Source of the DNA: Octopus vulgaris
Lineage: Eukaryota
DNA length: 64,000 nt
NCBI GenBank assembly: GCA_951406725.2
Contig: OX597842.1
Location: 17,236,001-17,300,000, forward strand
Direction: 5' to 3'
In this document: positions 55,503 to 64,000 of the stretch, one piece after another
Layout: each line of letters begins with the position of its first letter
Numbering within the stretch: the stretch's first letter is position 1
Position numbers and translations under genes: made by a program
The notes under the pieces: generated by a model
The model's database searches: none
What the model was told of the DNA's origin: nothing
The model's input: the letters and a program-made list of their open reading frames with translations, nothing else

Positions 55503-55667
55503 TAAGAACAAACAAGATGAGGAAAAAATATCCGTCAAATGTAAATAATGTAAATAAGACAACAGGAAATATACTGATGAATTACACTTATTTCCAAAGT
55601 GGTTTAATTTTAGATAATTTTGATCGGATTAAAAACAAACTGCATCGTTTCACAGTTTTATTGACTA

Positions 55668-56336
55668 CTAGCATTAAAGACCGGGTCATAGTGCTAGTGC
55701 ATGTATATATGTGTATATATATGTGTACATATTACATGTACATCTATATATATACATCTACACATAAAATGCAAAATACAATTTTATATCTTGATATCGC
55801 TAGTGATAACAATACTCAAAATATATAACAGACTGGAATTTTAGCTCTTCTTTTTTCTCTACATTGTATACTTTATAGAAAATAGTCTTTTCTTTAATTT
55901 AATTTTTTATTATCCATCTGGACTATTCCATTTCTGCACGCTAATTTTATTTTTAATTTATTTCCATTCATGTGAAACCGCTAATTCAAGTTCAAATCAT
56001 TGATGCAATTTTATACCAATTGCTATGTTACGATTATATTATACTTTAGCTTGATTTTAATTATTACTTATTACATATAATTCAATTATCTGACATAAAA
56101 TAGAGAAATATTTTTGTTTCACTTTTAACACGTAATACTGAAATAGTGGAGAAGATATGATATTGCTATGGGCTCGCTCTAGGCAAGAAGTTGAACATTT
56201 TTTTTTGCCCATGAAACGACAGGGACCTTAAGTAAGGCATGTGTAAAATTTGAATGAAATTGGTTGTGTAGTTCTCAAGTTTTAGGGAAACACACAGACA
56301 GACAGACACACATTCTCAGTTTTATATATATAAAGA
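55668..56336 (-). mobile_element. Non-autonomous Helitron (deleted copy of 9421-10603)
   Basis: Reverse-complement similarity; TC and CTAG ends. Confidence 0.82.
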
Positions 56337-56424
56337 TTAAAAGTGTTTTATTTTTATTCACTTTTATTTTATTATTATCATCTTTTTCATAATTATATAT
56401 ACTTACTTGTACTTGTGGTGACAT

Positions 56425-56777
56425 TCGCCCTGGGCGGGTTGAGTCGGCTTCTTCTACTCATGGTAGAAGTTTCGTGGGAATATGGATTTCACAAGCGGTC
56501 CCCAACAATCCCGCATGTGGAGAAATCCTGTTTGCCGCAGATTATCCGCAGACGCAGGGACCGAACGACCGAGGAGCCGCCGGTTGCCGAAACAGACACT
56601 CCGAGGATTTTCACCAGAGCCCCGTCTGCCGGGTTGTGACCCTAATACCACTCGGTGTCGGACCAATCTGCCTTGGGTGGCCCCTACCAGGAACCGAAGT
56701 TCCCGACGGCATAGCTCTGACACTACCCGTTGCCAGCGTCCCCACCACGGCGAGGAGGGGATGGATTTTGGGGACGC
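56425..56777 (-). mobile_element. Probable RTE-type LINE 5' UTR fragment
   Basis: GC-rich island; cgtggtgggg..gagctatgccgtcggga..ctggtagggg.caccc motif recalled from RTE 5' ends. Confidence 0.4.
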
Positions 56778-58229
56778 AATTATGTATATATATTAGATAT
56801 ATATTTTTAGATATCAGAACTTTTTGTTGCACATTTTCTACACGATGGTTGACACAACTTCACTGGATCTGAATAGAAATATTTTGGTACAGGGCAAAAC
56901 ATGTAAGAAAATAACGATTTGTTGTGATGAAATTACCATTTAAATTTACATCAATATATTACACGTAGTTATTTTTTACCCCTTTGGGGTATGATAAAAA
57001 ATTAATTTTTAACACAGTGAATATTAAATCTGTTCTAGAGTTTTCAACCAAATACATTTCTTACTCCCTGGCACATCGACAAAGTCTTAAATAAGACTCT
57101 CGTGTCCATTTTACGATATAAAAAAATGATGTTTTGTTAAATTCTTTATACTTTTACCACCATGCAAGATATTTGCACCATTGGTGACATCCTGTAATAA
57201 ATAATATATATATATATATATATATATGCATGCAAATAGACATTATTTACTATAGCGTAGGAGTGGCTTTGTGGTAAGTAGCTTGCTTACGAACCATATG
57301 GTTCCGGGTTCAATCCCACTACGTGGCACCTTGGGCAAGTGTTTTGTACGCTAGCCTCGGGCCGACCAAAGCCTTGTGAGTGGATTTGCTAGACGGAAAC
57401 TGAAAGAAGCCCGTCGTATATATGTATATATATATATGTATGTGTGTGTATATGTCTGTGTGTCTGTGTTTGTCCCACCAACATCGCTTGACAACCGTCC
57501 CCGTAACAGCGGTTCGGCAAAAGAGACCGATAGAATAAGTACTGGGCTTACAAAGAATAAGTCCCGGGGTCGATTTGCTCGACTAAAGGCGGTGCTCCAG
57601 CATGGTCACAGTCACATGACTGAAACAAGTAAAAGAGTAAAAGAGTATATGTGTATATATATATATATATATATTTTTTATTTATTTATTTATTATAAAA
57701 AAACGAAGGTGTGTATGCATACTGAATCCTGTACACATATATGCACGCATATATATTATTTATTATACACACACACACACACACACACATTCGTAGATTT
57801 TTCTGTGATGCTCAGTAAACCTTCTGGAACATTCTGATGCACCCGAAACAAGTTGCTTTCCGAATGTAATATTTCAAGAGTGACTCTTCTCTGTCGTTGC
57901 TTTACCGTTTTTATTGTTAAATAAAACATTTTTATCCCAGAAAAAGACTCGTCTGTCATATTTGTAACACATTTCTCTTCTCTTTAAGCTTTCAGTCTTA
58001 GCTTAACGTATTTTCACGCCCGACATCACAAAATGCATCTGAATAAACATCACCGCACAGCAAATAGAGACTCAGACATTGCTTAGAAAATAATATTCAT
58101 TTTTAACCTCGTATATAGTACGCATTAGGGATTTTGACCTTTAAATTTTGGGGAAAAAAATGTGGATTATACTCGAAGATTTACGGTATGCTCTGAAGGT
58201 TTTACAATATAATGTTAACGCTGTATGCG

Positions 58230-59011
58230 TACCTTTTCCTTCTTTGGACACTAAAACTCTGCTTGCGAAGACCTGTTGAAGCAAGTGAAATCAATCAATC
58301 AATCAAAAGCAAAATCAAAATCAAATTCGATGACTGGCGTCCGTGCTAGCAGGGTGCAAAGAGCACCATACGAGTGTGATCATCGACAGAGCGGCTAACC
58401 GGCTTCCGTGCTGGTGGCACTTAAAGGGCACCATTCGAGCGTTATCGTTACCAGCGTGGCCTTACTGGCACTTGTGCCCTTGCTAGTAGGGTGCCAAGAG
58501 CACCATCCGAGCGTGATCGTTGCCAGAGCAGCCAACTGGCTTCCGTGCCGGTGGTACGTAAAAGGGCACCATTCGAGCGTGATCGTTACCAGCGCGGCCT
58601 TACTGGCATTTGTGCCCGTGGTATCAGGGTTCCAAGAGCACCATCCGAGCATGATTGTTGCCAGAGCAGCCAACTGGCTTCTGTGCCAGTGGCACATAAA
58701 AGGGCACCATTCAAGCGTGATCGTTACCAAAGTCGCCTTACTGGCACCTGTGCTGGTGGCATGTGTGAAAGGATTCGAGCGAGGTCGTTGCCAGTAGCGC
58801 CTGACTGGTCCCCGTGCAGGTGGCACGTAAAAAGCACCCATTACACTCTCAGAGTGGTTGGCGTTAGGAAGGGCATCCAGCTGTAGAAACTCTGCCAGAT
58901 GAAGATTGGAGCCTGGTGCAGCCATCTTGTTCGCCAGCCCTCTGTCAAAATCGTCCAACCCATGTTAGCATGGAAAGCGGACGTTAATCGATGATGATGA
59001 TGATGATGATG
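58230..59011 (+). mobile_element. Retroposon with internal ~138-bp (two ~69-bp half-unit) repeats and a (GAT)n tail
   Basis: gagcaccatccgag at 58498 and 58636; tggttggcgttaggaagggcatccagc..gatgatgat 3' end. Confidence 0.7.
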
Positions 59012-61162
59012 ACTGAGTTAGTGATCCCAATGTGAGGAATTTTATTTGGCAACTGGCACAACCAGCGATCAAAGGAACTTCTACGCCAGGTTCCCTAATC
59101 GGTTTTCGCATGGTCTCTAAAGCTGAATGTCCTTTCTAATGCCAACCACTTTACTGAGTGTACAGGGTGGTTTTTATGTAGCACCAGCACCACTGCTTTT
59201 CACATAGCACCAGCACCGACAGGATCAGCAAATATCTTGCAAAGCAATGACTCGTCAGCTGGGTGGAGTAGGGGGTATTACCGAGGGGTCTGGTTTTGTG
59301 CTAGTTGTGAGATTAATGGTATACAGGGACAAGCGGCGAGCTGGCAGAATCGTTAGCACGCCGGGCGAAATGCTTAGCGGTATTTCGTCTGCCGTTACGT
59401 TCTGAGTTCAAATGCCGCCGAGGTCGACTTTAACTTTCATCCTTTCGGGGTCGATTAAATAAGTACCAGTTACGCACTGGGGTCGATATAATCGACTTAA
59501 TCCATTTGTGTGTCGTTGTTTGTCCCCTCTGTGTGTAGCCCCTTGTGGGCAGTAAAGAAATAGGTATTTCGTCTGCCGCTACGTTCTGAGTTCAAATTCC
59601 GCCGAGGTCGACTTTGCCTTCCATCCTTTCGGGGTCGATTAAATAAGTACCATTTACGCACTGGGGTCGATATAATCGACTTAATCCGTCTGTCTGTACT
59701 TGTTTGTCCCCTCTGTGTTCAGCCCCTTGTGGGTAGTAAAGAAATTGGTATACAAGGACAGAAGTAAGTGTCTTCCTGTAGAGAAGATACATGGATCCCC
59801 CCATTGGAGGAGAACAGAAAGTGAGTTAGAGAGTAAAACAAGGAGAGCAATAGTGAGAGAGATGATGGTGATGATTATTGGGACATGTCCTCAAGGAAGA
59901 TTGGGGTGGTGGGAATAGATGAGGGGAGAGGGAGGTTTGGGCTGGGTGACGGGGGGCATGATGGAGATGACGGGAATAAAAGATGGAGAGAAATATAGAA
60001 GCTTGGGGTAAGGGATTGCAGGAGATACGTGAGGGCACTGAGGGTGATAGCAAGTAAATAAGGAGTTGATGATGGGGAAGAGCAAGGGGAGGGGGAGAAA
60101 AGCAGAGAAAGGAGATTATTAGAGACAGGAGACAGGGGAAGAAGGTAACTGAGGAAGTCAGGCGGGGTGGAATATGTGCTTGTTTTGCACCAGATGATAG
60201 AGAAAGTCAAGGGTGTTAGGGGATGAAATGTGGGCGAAGGCTGAAAGTTAATGGAGCAGATCCCATAATGGATAAGATTAACCAAAGTGGTTTTAGGATA
60301 CCAATTCTGTTGTGGTGGGCAGGTGCTCTTCAGTACAGCAATGTGCCACATATCTTCATCCTTTATAAGAATCTGTATTTTGAAATCAGCTTTTGGAACT
60401 GTGTCCTGTCTTCCTAGACCTCAAAGAAATTGAAGAAAAAAAAACAAATATCTTACAAACCATAGAATTTTCTCAATAAAGGCAAGAGAAAAAAGTGTTT
60501 TATAAACACATTCTACCAGTATACGAAGTTTAAAAGTGTTTAGTTACGTGGAAATTATTTTAAAAACTTACCGGTCAAACCGAAAAGATCCCCATTTAGT
60601 ATTAATGCTATATGTTGAAGTTGATATAAAGAAGAAGGGGAATTATTTTAGAAATATGACAGACGACTAATTTTCTCAGATAAAAATGTTTTATTTAACA
60701 ACAATAAAATGAATAACTGGGTTACAGAGTAAATAGTACAAGAGTAAAGTAACCAGAAAGAATAGTTACTCTTTGAGATATTCAATTCGGAAATATTTCA
60801 TTCGAATATATTACATTCGTGCGTCGCGGAGTGTTTCCCATTCGTGCACCACAGAAAGCATATTAAATAAATGACAGAAAAATATGTGTGTGTGTGTGTA
60901 TGGACTTTGGGTGGCGGTGGAGTGAAATATCTTGCATTTCCTTGATAAGCAACGATATATACTGATGAAGGATAAACTCTGTCCGTCCGTTTGTCAGTCC
61001 ATCTGTCCGTCAGTATATCCGTCTGTCCGTCCGTCTGTCCGTCTGTATGTCCGTCTGTCTGTTCATCTGTCCGTCTGTCTGTCCGTCTGTCTGTTCATCT
61101 GTCTGTCCGTCCGTCTGTCTGTCCGTCTGTCTGTCAGTCTGTGTGTGTCTATCTATCTATCA

Positions 61163-61198
<36 letters not shown>

Positions 61199-61556
61199 GT
61201 CTGTCTGTCTGTCTGTCTGTCCATCTATCTATCTACATGAATGTATTTATGTATGTATGTATGTATGTATGTATGTATGTATGTATGTATATATGTATGT
61301 ATGCATGTATTTATGTATGCATGTATGCATGTATGTATGTATGTGTGTGTATGTATGTATGTAGGTAGGTATGTATGTGTGTGTGTATGTATGTATGTAT
61401 GTATGTATGTTAAGAATATGCAGTTTCTGGGATGTATATGTATTCTATTTTAAAATTATTGAGACGTCCAATGATTCGTAACGCCATTTCACACCTGAAA
61501 AACATGAAAGGAAAAAATTGTTAAAAATTTATGAAGCTAACACGATGACCATAGCC

Positions 61557-61631
<75 letters not shown>

Positions 61632-61633
61632 GC

Positions 61634-64000
<2,367 letters not shown>

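Noticed and set aside
56811-56902. Possible exon with an AG acceptor and GTAAG donor
   Set aside because: Its long open frame is phase-incompatible with exon 5, and the paralogous block at 3570-3770 lacks the donor and frame
58395-58958. Repetitive 129-187 aa ORFs on both strands
   Set aside because: Products of the internal 138-bp repeats of a retroposon
59760-60420. Purine-rich stretch, possibly a decayed LINE RT on the - strand
   Set aside because: Only faint motif resemblance; too degraded to call

Overview
Repeat-dense, AT-rich animal genomic DNA, most likely a coleoid cephalopod (Octopus-like). That assignment is inferred from the SINE families and the (TA)n/(ATGT)n/(GATA)n microsatellite load. 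Most ORFs in the supplied track are microsatellite artefacts. The window holds one plausible host gene: a spliced, secreted PAN/apple-domain protein on the + strand at about 35.2-55.2 kb, about 244 aa in my model. Its promoter/first exon and 3' flank are also present as duplicated blocks. Other contents are two GIY-YIG Penelope-like elements (PLEs), a young 5'-truncated CR1-type LINE, chained Tx1/L1-like 3' ends in GATA repeats, CRE, R4/Dong and RTE fragments, mariner/Tc1 remnants, non-autonomous Helitrons, a MITE and many tRNA-derived SINEs. The most striking signal is about 17 type I hammerhead ribozyme (HHR) motifs from roughly 11 different sequence families, most with a palindromic stem III. 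Some lie in the coding PLEs. Others lie in non-coding units (485 bp, 505 bp, about 0.5 kb and a ~7 kb element) that sit in (TA)n tracts as tandem-plus-inverted, circularly permuted copies. This looks like a retrozyme-like ribozyme retroelement system that probably depends on PLE machinery. All structures were paired by eye and nothing was computed.
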